A DNA stretch of 63,999 bases, counting the filler, from an uncultured bacterium (GTDB lineage Bacteria > CAYJOG01), in the NCBI GenBank assembly GCA_964371695.1. It is 20 parts of 20 records of this genome, joined end to end, with 100 filler letters (N's around TTAATTAATTAA, not from the genome) between each part and the next. Parts side by side here need not be neighbours in the genome. Positions count along the whole stretch, not along the records: positions 6,614 to 9,812 come from CAYJOG010000405.1; positions 9,913 to 13,103 come from CAYJOG010000406.1; positions 13,204 to 16,368 come from CAYJOG010000407.1; positions 16,469 to 19,620 come from CAYJOG010000408.1; positions 19,721 to 22,858 come from CAYJOG010000409.1; 15 more parts are not named here. One strand, written 5' to 3'. A model generated the notes under the pieces. The model was given only the letters and a program-made list of their open reading frames with translations. It searched no databases and was not told the origin of the DNA. Both the position numbers and the translations under genes were made by a program. Shown piece after piece: positions 9,374 to 21,562 of the stretch (the first letter of the stretch is position 1; each line of letters begins with the position of its first letter).

Positions 9374-9812
9374 CTAATCTCCTTTCAGTGTGCGGAAGCG
9401 GATGAGGTGCAGCCACCGCTGAAAGGCGTTCAGCGTGGTGCGGGGGTCAGAGGGGGTGTTCTGGTCCAGGGAGCGGGCCAGTTCCTTGAGTCGGCGGGTG
9501 ACGGTGGAGCCGGGGGGGGCGGCTACCCACGGGGGCGGGCGGGGCCCCGCGGGGGGCACTTCGTTGTCGCGGGGCAGCCAGCCCAGATAAGACACGTCCT
9601 GACCCAGAAACTTGCCCGCCGCCTTGATGAGCGATTTGGCCGTGGTGCTGGCTTCGTCTTCGCTCAGGGCCATGTTCACCAGCAGATACCACCGCTGGCC
9701 CGCGCCCTGGGCGGCCACCAGTTTCATCAGGCTGTAGGCGTCCATCATGGCGGTGGGTTCGGGGTTGGTCACCACCACCACCTCCTGCGCGGCGGCCAGA
9801 AACTCCGTCACC
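9374..9812 (-). CDS. flhG: FlhG/MinD-family ATPase (5' truncated)
   Basis: VVTNPEPTAMMDAYSLMK, LLVNMA and YLGWLPRD motifs; upstream of chemotaxis genes. Confidence 0.8.
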
Positions 9813-9912
9813 NNNNNNNNNNNNNNNNNNNNNNNNNNNNNNNNNNNNNNNNNNNNTTAATTAATTAANNNNNNNNNNNNNNNNNNNNNNNNNNNNNNNN
9901 NNNNNNNNNNNN

Positions 9913-10031
9913 GCCATGGCCGCACGAAGTGCGGCCTGGGGTGGCCTCAACCTGTCAGGAACCGCCACACAAGGTGGGTCCGGGAGGGCAGCGGCCCTCC
10001 CGGCAGGGGTGTGGGGACGGAGTCCCCACCA
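9913..10031. repeat. Palindromic repeat family C (copy 2, at contig edge)
   Basis: GCCATGGCCGCACGAAGTGCGGCC, CCGGGAGGG..CCCTCCCGG and GTGGGGAC.GAGTCCCCAC; shared with 3312-3542 and 61103-61130. Confidence 0.8.
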
Positions 10032-10124
10032 CAGGTTTGTAAGCCACAACAACGGGAAACCGCCATTAAGTGCGGAATCTCCTCATTTTTGGGCTTTGGC
10101 GCAAAAACCCGGTAATGTTTTGGC

Positions 10125-11420
10125 ATGGCTGTGGCGGCGACGGGCATGAAGGACACCCGGCTGGTGGAGCGTTATTTCGCGTTGTTGCTGCATCCTCTGC
10201 CGCCGGGGGCCGGGTTGCCGGGCGGCTGGCGCATGGCGTTGCCAGAGCCTGCCGGGCGGGTGCGGATTGCTTTTGAAAAACCGGGGGAGCTGACCTGGTT
10301 TCTGCTGCTTGGCCCGCGCAATGATCAGCAGGACTGCCTGGCCCGGTCGCGCAACCTGAACCTTTCGGTGGAGGGGCAGGTGAGTGAAGAAGCCCGCCGC
10401 CTGCTGCGTTTTCTGGTGCCGCTCATTCAAAAAAACGACCAGCGGGTGCATCCGGCCTCGGCGCAGAAAGTGTTTGGTCTGGTGCGCGACGCCGGTGTGA
10501 AGAGTGTGGATTTTTCCATTCAGCCGGTGTGCAACAACAACTGCGTGTTCTGCTCCAACCAGCCCAGCACCATTGGCCAGTTCGGCACCGAAGAAGTGCT
10601 TCAGCGCATTGAGCAGGAGTTCGCGGGCGGGGCCAACTGGCTGGAGTTCAGCGCCATGGAGCCGACGTTGCGCAAAGACCTGCCCCAGCTCATTCAAAAA
10701 GGTGTGGAACTTGGCTTTGACGGCATTCACGTCATCAGCAACGGCCAGAACTTCATGAACCGCAAACTGGCCGAGCGCATCATCCACGCCGGTGTCACCA
10801 AAATCACTGTGTCCATTCATTCCTGCGACGACGAAACCGAAACCGCCATCACCCGGCACCCTGGTTCACTGGCCAAAAAAAAGGCGGGCATCAAAAATAT
10901 CCTCGATATTTTTGGCGAGCGTTTTCCCCAGGCGCGTCACAGCTTTCAGTTGCCGCTTTATACCAACACCATTCTCAACCGTCTGAACTACGCACTTTTC
11001 CCGGACACGGTGGACATGCTGATGGACCTGGGGGTGGGGCGCATTCACGTGTTTTTTCCCCGCATCATCGGCAGCGCTCATCGGGATTTTGACGAGGTGG
11101 TGCCGGACATGTCCGCCGTGGCGCCTTATGTGAACGAGGCCGTGCGGCGGGGCAAGGCGCGTGGCGCGCTGATGGCGGTGTGTGATCTGCCCGCCTGCGT
11201 GTTGGACGAAACAGACGGGGCGCTGAATTACCGTCTGAAAAAAGAAGTGCGCCTCACCCGCGAAGAGGGCGGCGGCCTGAAGGATTTTCACTGGGACGTG
11301 GAGCAGGAAAAAGTCAAAACCGAGGACTGCGCCCGTTGCCGCCACAACGTGGTGTGCGAGGGTGTTTTTGCCGAATATGTCCGCCGCCGGGGCTGGGCAG
11401 AATTTGTGCCGGTGGCGTGA
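10125..11420 (+). CDS. Radical SAM protein with C-terminal Cys cluster (HxsC-like) and unrecognised N-terminal domain
   Basis: CNNNCVFC; EPTLR; SNG; VSIHS..ITRHPGS; C-terminal KxxxCxxCx5CxG..Y. Confidence 0.85.
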   Translation: MAVAATGMKDTRLVERYFALLLHPLPPGAGLPGGWRMALPEPAGRVRIAFEKPGELTWFLLLGPRNDQQDCLARSRNLNLSVEGQVSEEARRLLRFLVPLIQKNDQRVHPASAQKVFGLVRDAGVKSVDFSIQPVCNNNCVFCSNQPSTIGQFGTEEVLQRIEQEFAGGANWLEFSAMEPTLRKDLPQLIQKGVELGFDGIHVISNGQNFMNRKLAERIIHAGVTKITVSIHSCDDETETAITRHPGSLAKKKAGIKNILDIFGERFPQARHSFQLPLYTNTILNRLNYALFPDTVDMLMDLGVGRIHVFFPRIIGSAHRDFDEVVPDMSAVAPYVNEAVRRGKARGALMAVCDLPACVLDETDGALNYRLKKEVRLTREEGGGLKDFHWDVEQEKVKTEDCARCRHNVVCEGVFAEYVRRRGWAEFVPVA

Positions 11421-11575
11421 TATTTAGTTCATTTTGTGTAAGTTTACGCACGATTTTTTGCCATACTGCGCCTGTTAATCGAACAGCAGATCGCCCCCTA
11501 CCTCCTCTCCTTTCTACAGAGCACCCATAGGGGAGAGGGAACGATGCTGGAGTGCGTAAATTTCTTCAAAATGAA

Positions 11576-13099
11576 CTAAGGCACCAAGCGCTTGAGGGCT
11601 TCGTTCAGTTCGTGGGCGGCTTCTTTGTTGTCGCCGCTCACCAGGGTCTGCAAAAAGTGCGCCACGGCCTGATTGAACTCCCGCGTGAGGCCGGGGGCTT
11701 TTTCCAGCACCGGGCGGTGGCGGCGCAACTGCCGCAGCGCCACTTTGAGCGGCTCGGTGGCCCCGCCCGCACCGGGGGCGGTTTTTGAGAAGGCGATCAT
11801 TTTTTCCAGCAGGCGTTCTATGCCCGCCAAGCCCTGCTGGTCGTCGGTCAACAGCACCATCCATTTTTGCAGAAAATGCCCCCAGGTGTCCTCGGCGGAT
11901 TCTTTGTGTCCCAGTTGCAGCACGCCCCGCAGGCGCTCGCGGGCGCGGCCCGGCAGGGATTTTTCCAGGTGTTCGGCGATGGTCTCCAGGCCCTGGGGCA
12001 CCACGCTGTCTTCAATCACGCGGGTAAAACCCGACAGCACCAGGCGGCTGGCCTCGCGGGGCAGTTTTTCCAGGGCGTGATCAAAAAATGCTTTGGGGTC
12101 CAGGTTGTAGAGGGCCTGATAGGCGGCGGTGCGCACCTGTTCGCTGGGGTCGTCCAGGGCGCTCACCACCACGGGCACCGCCTTGGGGTGGCCGATTTTG
12201 CCCAGGGCCTCGATCACCGTGAAACGCGTGTTTTCGCTGGGGGTGTCCATGGCGGCGATGAGGTGGTCCACCGATTCTTCGTCGCCGATATAACCCAGTT
12301 GTGTGGCGGCCAATATGCGCAGGTTTTCGTCGCTGTCGGCCAGAAACCCCAGCAGGTGGCGCACGGCGGGGCGGCCAATCTTGATGAGGGAATCCAGCAC
12401 CATCTGGCGTTCTTCGGGCCGCTTGGTGCGATATTGCTCGACCAGGGCGGGCAGGGCGTCTTCTCCCTGCATGTAGCTCTCCATGGAAAGCGCCTCCAGG
12501 CCGCCGCCCTGTTCTCCTTTGCGGATGCCTGCCAGCAGGGGATAGGTGGCGATGCGCAGGCCCACCCGCCACATGGCCTGGGTGGCGTTGTAGATGAGAA
12601 AATCACTTTTGCCGTGCAGGGCGTCCTTGAGTGTGGGCAGGCAAATTTCTGTGCCCATCTGCCCCAGGGCCGCCAGAATTGCCCCTTTCACTTCGGGGGT
12701 CTGCTCCTGGCCATAGAGGGTGATGAGGGTTTCCTCGGCCTCTGCCAGCCGCCACTTGCCCACCAATGAGACGAGAAACAGCAACACGTCTTCGTCTTTG
12801 CTCTGGCCCAGGGCCTCCAGCAAAAACTGCCTTTGCAGGTAGCCCTCCTTGCTCAGCACCATCTTCACCAGATACCGGGCCAGGTCCTTCATGTTGCGCT
12901 CGGCCATCAGCTCCAGCAGGCCATGAAACGCCTCGCGGCTTTTGATTTCGCCCAGGCCCTTGATGACAAAGGGCAGCAGCACCGGGTCCACACGCCCGGC
13001 CAGGTTGAGCAGTTCATCCACCGCCCGGTTGTCGCCCCCGGCCCCCTTGCCCGCCAGTTGGCGAATGTCGTCTCGCGTGATTTTCTTTTTGGAACTCAT
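11576..13099 (-). CDS. HEAT/PBS-lyase repeat protein
   Basis: Repeated LxDxxxxVRxxAxxALGxIG-type units. The start is 4 nt from the contig end, so it may be incomplete. Confidence 0.82.
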   Translation of the reverse strand: MSSKKKITRDDIRQLAGKGAGGDNRAVDELLNLAGRVDPVLLPFVIKGLGEIKSREAFHGLLELMAERNMKDLARYLVKMVLSKEGYLQRQFLLEALGQSKDEDVLLFLVSLVGKWRLAEAEETLITLYGQEQTPEVKGAILAALGQMGTEICLPTLKDALHGKSDFLIYNATQAMWRVGLRIATYPLLAGIRKGEQGGGLEALSMESYMQGEDALPALVEQYRTKRPEERQMVLDSLIKIGRPAVRHLLGFLADSDENLRILAATQLGYIGDEESVDHLIAAMDTPSENTRFTVIEALGKIGHPKAVPVVVSALDDPSEQVRTAAYQALYNLDPKAFFDHALEKLPREASRLVLSGFTRVIEDSVVPQGLETIAEHLEKSLPGRARERLRGVLQLGHKESAEDTWGHFLQKWMVLLTDDQQGLAGIERLLEKMIAFSKTAPGAGGATEPLKVALRQLRRHRPVLEKAPGLTREFNQAVAHFLQTLVSGDNKEAAHELNEALKRLVP

Positions 13100-13203
13100 G
13101 GGGNNNNNNNNNNNNNNNNNNNNNNNNNNNNNNNNNNNNNNNNNNNNTTAATTAATTAANNNNNNNNNNNNNNNNNNNNNNNNNNNNNNNNNNNNNNNNN
13201 NNN

Positions 13204-13257
13204 AGAGGGCAAGGACTGGCCCCGCCACCTGTCTACGTCAAACATGAATTTGCTCTA
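13204..13257. mobile_element. MITE family B, partial copy at contig edge
   Basis: AGAGGGCAAG..TGTCTACGTCAAACATGAATTTGCTCTA is the reverse complement of the left end of 38836-38952. Confidence 0.8.
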
Positions 13258-14022
13258 AACCCTGACCACAAAAAAGTACCGCCGGAATGGAAACACCACG
13301 CGGCGTTGTGCGTCTGCGGGGAAGGTCTTTTTCAACGCCTCGCCCAGGGTGTGGCGGAAGACCTCCCAGTCTGCGGCAGCAAAACAGGTTTTGACGGCGG
13401 TGAGCGTGGTGCCCTCCAGCCAGGTCAACACTTCGTTTTCGCCGGCGAGCAGGTGGTAATAGGTGGTGCGCCACACACGGGCCTCGGCACTGCGGTTTTG
13501 CAGCCACAACAACCAGTCTTCCGGCGACGGCAGGGGAGGGCGGGGCAGGTGGAGCAACAGGGTGTCCGCCTGGGGAAGTTGCCGGAGCAGTTGCACAACC
13601 AGTTGATAGGCGGGGGCCTCGAAGTTGTCGGGCACCTGCACGGCCAACTGTCCGCCGGGTTTCAGGCAGGCCAGCCAGCGATCGAGGACTTCCACCGGTT
13701 TTTCCAGCCAGTGTACGGTGGCGTTTGAAAAAATCAGGTCCAGGCCCTGGGGGGGAACCCAGGTGTTCAGGTCGGCGTTCTGGATGGCCGCAGCGGGCAA
13801 AAGTCCACGGCATTTTTCAAGCATTTCGAGAGAGGAATCCACCAGCAGCAGATGGGCCTGGGGAAATTTCTGTTGCAGACTATGGGCCAGGTTGCCCGCC
13901 CCGCAGCCCAGATCGGCGATGTTGTCCGGCGTCCTGTCCTGCGCCAGCGCCCCCAGCAAATCCAGGCCGGGCTGTTCCCGTTCTTTCTGAAAACGAAGAT
14001 ACACATCGGGATTCCAAGCCAT
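13255..14022 (-). CDS. tam: Trans-aconitate 2-methyltransferase-like SAM methyltransferase
   Basis: WNPDVYLRF..ER.QP..DLL, DLGCGAGN, FSNATVHW, GGQLAVQVPDN and FPFRRYF motifs. Confidence 0.88.
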   Translation of the reverse strand: MAWNPDVYLRFQKEREQPGLDLLGALAQDRTPDNIADLGCGAGNLAHSLQQKFPQAHLLLVDSSLEMLEKCRGLLPAAAIQNADLNTWVPPQGLDLIFSNATVHWLEKPVEVLDRWLACLKPGGQLAVQVPDNFEAPAYQLVVQLLRQLPQADTLLLHLPRPPLPSPEDWLLWLQNRSAEARVWRTTYYHLLAGENEVLTWLEGTTLTAVKTCFAAADWEVFRHTLGEALKKTFPADAQRRVVFPFRRYFFVVRV

Positions 14023-14053
14023 GTTGCCATCATAAACCGATAGACTCAGGTTT

Positions 14054-16301
<2,248 letters not shown>

Positions 16302-16319
16302 TCCCGCCCCCCAGGGCAG

Positions 16320-16352
16320 GGCAGGGGGGGCGGCCCCCTTGCCTGACTTTTT
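16320..16352 (+). terminator. Probable intrinsic terminator after eno
   Basis: GGCAGGGGG..CCCCTTGCC hairpin followed by a T run. Confidence 0.55.
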
Positions 16353-16512
16353 CATCTGGGTGCTGCACNNNNNNNNNNNNNNNNNNNNNNNNNNNNNNNN
16401 NNNNNNNNNNNNTTAATTAATTAANNNNNNNNNNNNNNNNNNNNNNNNNNNNNNNNNNNNNNNNNNNNCCTCTGCCCTTGCCAAACCGGACAAATGCAGA
16501 TACATCTGAATA

Positions 16513-18105
16513 ATGCTTGACCCAAGAACTCTTGTGCTGGTGGTGCTCAGCGCTGTGGGGGGATTTCTGGGTTCCCTGGGTCACCGACTGTTGCCTTTCG
16601 AAGGCATCGTGGACAACGCCCTGATGAACTGCTGCGGACTGAAGGCCAGCACCCAGGCGCTCTGGCTGCGCTGGCCCCTGGGGTTGGAGGCCCGTGGCGT
16701 GGCGCTGAAAGACAAACAGAACCGCCCCGTGCTCACCGCCCGGCGGCTGGTGATACAGGCCCACGCCAGGGATCTGCTGCTGGCCCCCCGCCGTCTGGAA
16801 AGCCTGTCGCTGAGTGGTGTGTCGGTGTATCTGCGACGTAATGAAAAAGGGGTGTGGAACATCGCGGGCCTGCTGGCCCAGGGCAAACCCCAGGAACCAG
16901 CCGTGGGCCTGCGGCATCTCTCGGTCAAGGGCCTGAGGCTGGTGGTGGAAGACCACACCCAGCGGCCTGTGCTGCACCTCACGCAAAACGTTCGCCAGTT
17001 GAATACCCGCCTGGATCAGTTGCCCGGCAGGCTGCCGATTGATGCCGAGGTGAACGACAGGGGGCAGAAAATCAGCCTCAGGGCACAACTCACCCCCAGG
17101 GGCTGGAGCGCCAGCCGGTTTCAACTCACCGTGGGGGGGTATCCCGTGACCGAGGCTGTGAAGCTCGTGCCCTTGGGCTGGCTCACGCCGCTGCCGGGTT
17201 GGGCGCTGCCCACCGGCGGCACGCTACGGGGGCAACTCAAGAGCGACGGAGGTGGCCTGCGGGGGCGTTTTGACCTGAAGGGTGTTCGCCGGGGGCGCAG
17301 TGTACCCTTGGCCGCCCAGGTGGATTTTGCCCTCAGTCCGCGGGCAGTCACCATCCAAAAACTGATCGCCCGTGGTGGAAGGGGCGAGGCGCGCCTGACG
17401 CTTTCCTGCCAGCGGCCAATACCTGCGGCAGGCGGCGTCGCCGCCGCGAACTTGCCCTGTGTACGGGGCCGCACGGCGGTTTCGGTCAAGAATTTTCCCC
17501 TCCAGAGTGTGGCGGCGTTTTTGCCCTGGCCCTTTGCCAAAGACCTGGCGGGTGAACTGACCGGCGAGGTGAGCGCCGAGGGGAATCCGTCGGACCTGCC
17601 GGGGCTGACGGGCCGGGGGGGCGTCACGCTCACCGGCGGGCGGGTGCTGGGCCTGACAGTGGGCGGGCCGCCCCTGGCCGTGAGCCTGGCCGAGGCGCGG
17701 GGCGAACTGAAAGACGGCAGCGTGAACCTGTCGCGCCTGTTTTTTCAGAGCGCCCCCATGGGGCTGGACCTGTCGGGCCGGGTGGGGCTGGACGGCGCGC
17801 TGGATTTGTCGGGCAAGGCCCGGCTGGAGCGCAAAAGGGTGCTGAAGGGCGCACGGGTGTTTCTGGCCCCGCTGCTCAAAGACAAAGGCCGTCAGATGGA
17901 GTTTCGCCTGCGGGTGGGGGGCACGGTGAGCCAGCCGGAACTTTCGCCCCAAACCCTGGCCACGCTTTCGGCGGGCATTCAGGATCAGTTCAAGGACGTG
18001 GGCAACGAAACCGAAACCGCTGGCCGCAATCTGGGAAACGTGGTGGAAGACGCCGCCCGCGACACCGCCAATCAGGTGGAGCGGCTGATCAAAAAACTGT
18101 TTTGA
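16513..18105 (+). CDS. AsmA/DUF748-like envelope protein
   Basis: N-terminal anchor, LRRNEKGVWNI motif, Gly-rich beta-strand repeats and a C-terminal LRVGGTVSQP AsmA-like motif. Confidence 0.7.
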   Translation: MLDPRTLVLVVLSAVGGFLGSLGHRLLPFEGIVDNALMNCCGLKASTQALWLRWPLGLEARGVALKDKQNRPVLTARRLVIQAHARDLLLAPRRLESLSLSGVSVYLRRNEKGVWNIAGLLAQGKPQEPAVGLRHLSVKGLRLVVEDHTQRPVLHLTQNVRQLNTRLDQLPGRLPIDAEVNDRGQKISLRAQLTPRGWSASRFQLTVGGYPVTEAVKLVPLGWLTPLPGWALPTGGTLRGQLKSDGGGLRGRFDLKGVRRGRSVPLAAQVDFALSPRAVTIQKLIARGGRGEARLTLSCQRPIPAAGGVAAANLPCVRGRTAVSVKNFPLQSVAAFLPWPFAKDLAGELTGEVSAEGNPSDLPGLTGRGGVTLTGGRVLGLTVGGPPLAVSLAEARGELKDGSVNLSRLFFQSAPMGLDLSGRVGLDGALDLSGKARLERKRVLKGARVFLAPLLKDKGRQMEFRLRVGGTVSQPELSPQTLATLSAGIQDQFKDVGNETETAGRNLGNVVEDAARDTANQVERLIKKLF

Positions 18106-18106
18106 A

Positions 18107-18754
18107 TCACGGCGTCTGCGGCGCGCCTATCCACACTTCCCGCAGGGCCAGGGCCGCCTGGGGAGGCGTTTCCACCACGGTGCAGCGCAACTCGGCGGTG
18201 TGGGGGTCTTTTTGACCGGGCAGAAAAAAATCCACCTCGCCGCCCGCAAAATAATGTCCAGCGGCGTTGTCCCAACGCACCGAATAAAGGTCTCCCCATA
18301 TTTCCACCCGGTCATATCCCCGGTTGTACAGGTTGATGTTCCTATCCAGATAGGGCGGCGCGCCCGACAGGCACACCCCCATCACCTGCTTGGCCACGGT
18401 GAGGTATTTCTCCATGTCCCGGTTGTATTTTCGCCGCGCTCTTAGCCAGTGCTGGCCCAGCACCAGCAATGACAGCAGCGCCGCCATGGCCAAAAAACGG
18501 AAGATTTCCCGGCGGATATCCCGGTCCACCGGCGTGTCCACCACCCTGAAGTTTTCTAGGCTTGGCAGCGCGCGGCTGGGGGGCAGGGGTTCAGTGGGCG
18601 GTGGCAAGGTGTGTGCGGGAATAGCGTCAGAAGCCGGAGGCGGGGCGGGAGCCTGGGGGATTGCCGCGCCGCAGCGGCGGCAGAACTTTTGACCCGCAGA
18701 GGCCAGGGCCTCGCCGCAGGCCGGGCAAAATCTTTGGTTGTGGGCGAGGGACAA
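18107..18754 (-). CDS. Zinc-ribbon domain membrane protein
   Basis: FCPACG..KFCRRCGA, Pro-rich linker, one TM helix and an unrecognised C-terminal domain. Confidence 0.7.
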   Translation of the reverse strand: MSLAHNQRFCPACGEALASAGQKFCRRCGAAIPQAPAPPPASDAIPAHTLPPPTEPLPPSRALPSLENFRVVDTPVDRDIRREIFRFLAMAALLSLLVLGQHWLRARRKYNRDMEKYLTVAKQVMGVCLSGAPPYLDRNINLYNRGYDRVEIWGDLYSVRWDNAAGHYFAGGEVDFFLPGQKDPHTAELRCTVVETPPQAALALREVWIGAPQTP

Positions 18755-18990
18755 TCTTTATCAGTTTAAAAGCGATTTCATGCCAATGGACATCCCTGCG
18801 GTTCCGAATGTTCATTGGTATGAAAAAGTCCTCACCACCCAAGCCGCCATCCCCCAAACCCCCAAAGGGGGTTCGCGGTGGGGGCCTGCGGCCCCGGCTT
18901 ACATCAGTTTTTGAAGGGCTTTACCCATTCATGCAACAACACCCTATCCATTGGCATGAAAAGTCCACGACTGACTTTTAAAACAGATTT

Positions 18991-19542
18991 ATGAGCTTAT
19001 TCTTGGGGGCAGTGGAAGAACTGCTGCACGCCGAAATCGTCTACACCTGCCCCATTTTCAAGGTGGAAGAAGCCACCGTGCGCCTGCCCGATGGCCGCAC
19101 CGAAAAACGCTGGTATGTGCTGAAGCCCCCCGGCGTGGGCGTGCTGCCCATTGACGACGAAGGCCGACTGTTGCTCACGCGGGAATATCTGAGCGCCGCA
19201 GGTAAAACCGTGTGGCGCGTGGTGATGGGCACGGTGGAAGAAGGCGAAACGCCGCTTCAGGCGGCCCGGCGGGAAATGCGCGAAGAAATTGGCCTGGACG
19301 CCGAGGCGTTTGAAACCCTTTTTGAGGCCACACACCCCAGCGGTTTCATCAAGCACAAGGGCACGTTTTTTCTGGCGCGGGGGTTATTTGCTTCGCCGCT
19401 GGAATGCGACGAGTTTGAGCAGATCGAGGTGGTGCCCAGCACCGCCACAGACGTGCAGCGCCTGATAGACGCGGGTGAGTTTCAGGGCAATTTCACCAAA
19501 ATCATGCGCCTGGCTCTGGGGTTTCTGGAGCCGGAGAAATAG
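18991..19542 (+). CDS. NUDIX hydrolase (ADP-ribose pyrophosphatase-like)
   Basis: Nudix box GTVEEGETPLQAARREMREEIGL; VRLPDG; DEFEQIEV. Confidence 0.88.
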   Translation: MSLFLGAVEELLHAEIVYTCPIFKVEEATVRLPDGRTEKRWYVLKPPGVGVLPIDDEGRLLLTREYLSAAGKTVWRVVMGTVEEGETPLQAARREMREEIGLDAEAFETLFEATHPSGFIKHKGTFFLARGLFASPLECDEFEQIEVVPSTATDVQRLIDAGEFQGNFTKIMRLALGFLEPEK

Positions 19543-19571
19543 ACCATTTTTTACAAGTTTATGCACTCTGA

Positions 19572-19620
19572 CATCGTTCCCTCTCCCCTCTGGGGAGAGG
19601 GTGGTCCGCAGGACCGGGTG
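19572..19620. repeat. CCCTCTCCC-loop-GGGAGAGGG palindromic (REP-like) repeat
   Basis: CATCGTTCCCTCTCCCCTCTGGGGAGAGGG. Related copies at about 11500-11545, 29969-30005, 37068-37102, 53936-53964 and inside MITE B. Confidence 0.7.
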
Positions 19621-19720
19621 NNNNNNNNNNNNNNNNNNNNNNNNNNNNNNNNNNNNNNNNNNNNTTAATTAATTAANNNNNNNNNNNNNNNNNNNNNNNN
19701 NNNNNNNNNNNNNNNNNNNN

Positions 19721-21508
19721 CCCCAGATACCAGTGGGCTGCGTAACGATCCGGGTCGGCCTGCAGGGCGGCGTCAAAGTCGTAATAGGCCATGCGGGTGA
19801 GTTTTTCGAGATAACGCACCGTGCCGCGATAGGTGAGAAAGCGCGAAAGCGCCGCCTGCAAAGAGGGGTCCTGATTAAACGCCAGCGGGTCAATTTCAAA
19901 CGTGCGGTGGGCTTCTCTGGCCTGCGCCACGGGGGTCACCTGAAACACCAGCGGGCCGGGCACATAGGCATACACCCCCGGCCCGGTTTGCAGATAAAGC
20001 CGGTCGTCGAACTTGTTGACATACACCGGCTGCTCCTCGGCGAAATCCCTGAAAATCAACCGCGTGAGCAGGCCCTTGTCGGGCAAGTCGCCTTCAAAAA
20101 AACGCCGGGCCAGCAGCGGGCGGCCCCACAGTTGCCGGGCGCGGGCGTTGACCTGATCCCGATACCATTCAAAAGGCAGCAGATAGGTGTAGACCACCTG
20201 CACGGGACGGGGCAGCCCCACCCCCTGCGCCCCCAGAAAACGGCCTTTGGCGTCTACATTGGGCGCCATCAGGCGGTCGTCTCCCTGGGCGGCCTCTTGC
20301 CAGAGCAGGTAATGCAGTTGCGGGTCTTCGTCCCAGTCCAGCAAGAGAACGGCGTCTTCGCGCAGGCCGCTGAGCACGTGAAAGGCCAGTTCTTCGCCCC
20401 CCTGGTCTTTGGCCAGACCCGGCCACGACAACCCCAGCCACAGGGCCGGCACAAGGGCCATCAGGCCAGCGGCCACCCCACCCCACCGGGGCCCCAGCGT
20501 GAGCACCCCCTGGGCGGCGGGCAACACCAGCACCGCCAGCCACACAGCGCTGAAGGCGGCTTTTTCGCGGGTCATATAGGCCGCGCTCAGCCCCAGCCCC
20601 AGACCCAGCAGCAGCAGCGAAATCACCAGCCGCTGACGGGGCAGCCCCTTGAGCCGCAGGCCCGCCAGCGCCCCGCCCGTCCACACCAGCAACACGGGCC
20701 AGAAAGCCCCTGCCCCGGTGGCCAGATTCGCCACCATCTGGGACGTGGAGCCGCCGAAACTGCGGAAGCCCTCGCCACTCAGCAGGCAAGCCATGCCTTG
20801 GGGTGTGCGGGGGGCGCACCAGTCCCAGGCTCCCGGCAGGGCGGCGGCGCTGCGCAGGGGGTGATACAACCACACCGTGGTTCCCAGCGCCCCCAGCATC
20901 AGCAGGGCGGGCAGGCTCTTGAAAAACCGCTGGCGACCCGCAGGCAGCAGCCCCACCCCCAGCAACCACAACGAGCCGCCGATCAGCCCCAGGCCGTGGT
21001 GCATCACACCCAAAATCCAGATGAGCCCCGCCCCAGCGGCCCACTGGCCCACACCCAGGCGGGGGCGACACCACCACCAGCCCATGAACAGCATCAGCAC
21101 CACCGCCAGACCGTAGACCTCCAGGGCGCGGGCCGAGGCCAGCCAGGTCACCACCAGCGCGCCGCCCACACCCATCAACAGCGCGTGGGGCCGCTTCACC
21201 CCCAGGGCCAGGGCCGTGGCGGCGCACAGCAGGGCGGCCACACCATGCAGAAACGGCCCCACCAGACCCTGCGACACCATCACCACCGGCAGCGCCCCAA
21301 AGGCATGCACCAGCATCAGCCACAGGCCATAACCGGTGGTGTGGGCGTTGGCCAGTTTGGCGGCGCTGAGATAAAGCTCCGGGCTGTCTCCCCAGGGAAT
21401 GCCCTGGGCCATCAGCCACAGCGCCAACCCCCAGGCCGCGAGAAACACGGCCGCCAGTTCCCACCGCAGGGGAAGAGGTCTGGCGGAACGCACCACAGCG
21501 GGAGACAC
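19721..21508 (-). CDS. DUF2723/TMEM260-like GT-C membrane glycosyltransferase (3' truncated, TPR-like tail)
   Basis: WGDSPEL..AHTTGYGLW (compare WDxxE..HPPGYPL), LEVYGL, YHPLRS and many TM helices. Start placed at GTG 21508, 7 nt after TAAACT. Confidence 0.72.
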
Positions 21509-21562
21509 GGGGGTTAGTTTAACCGCCCGGCCGGGCCCCACCAGTGAGCCAGTCCCCCGCCC

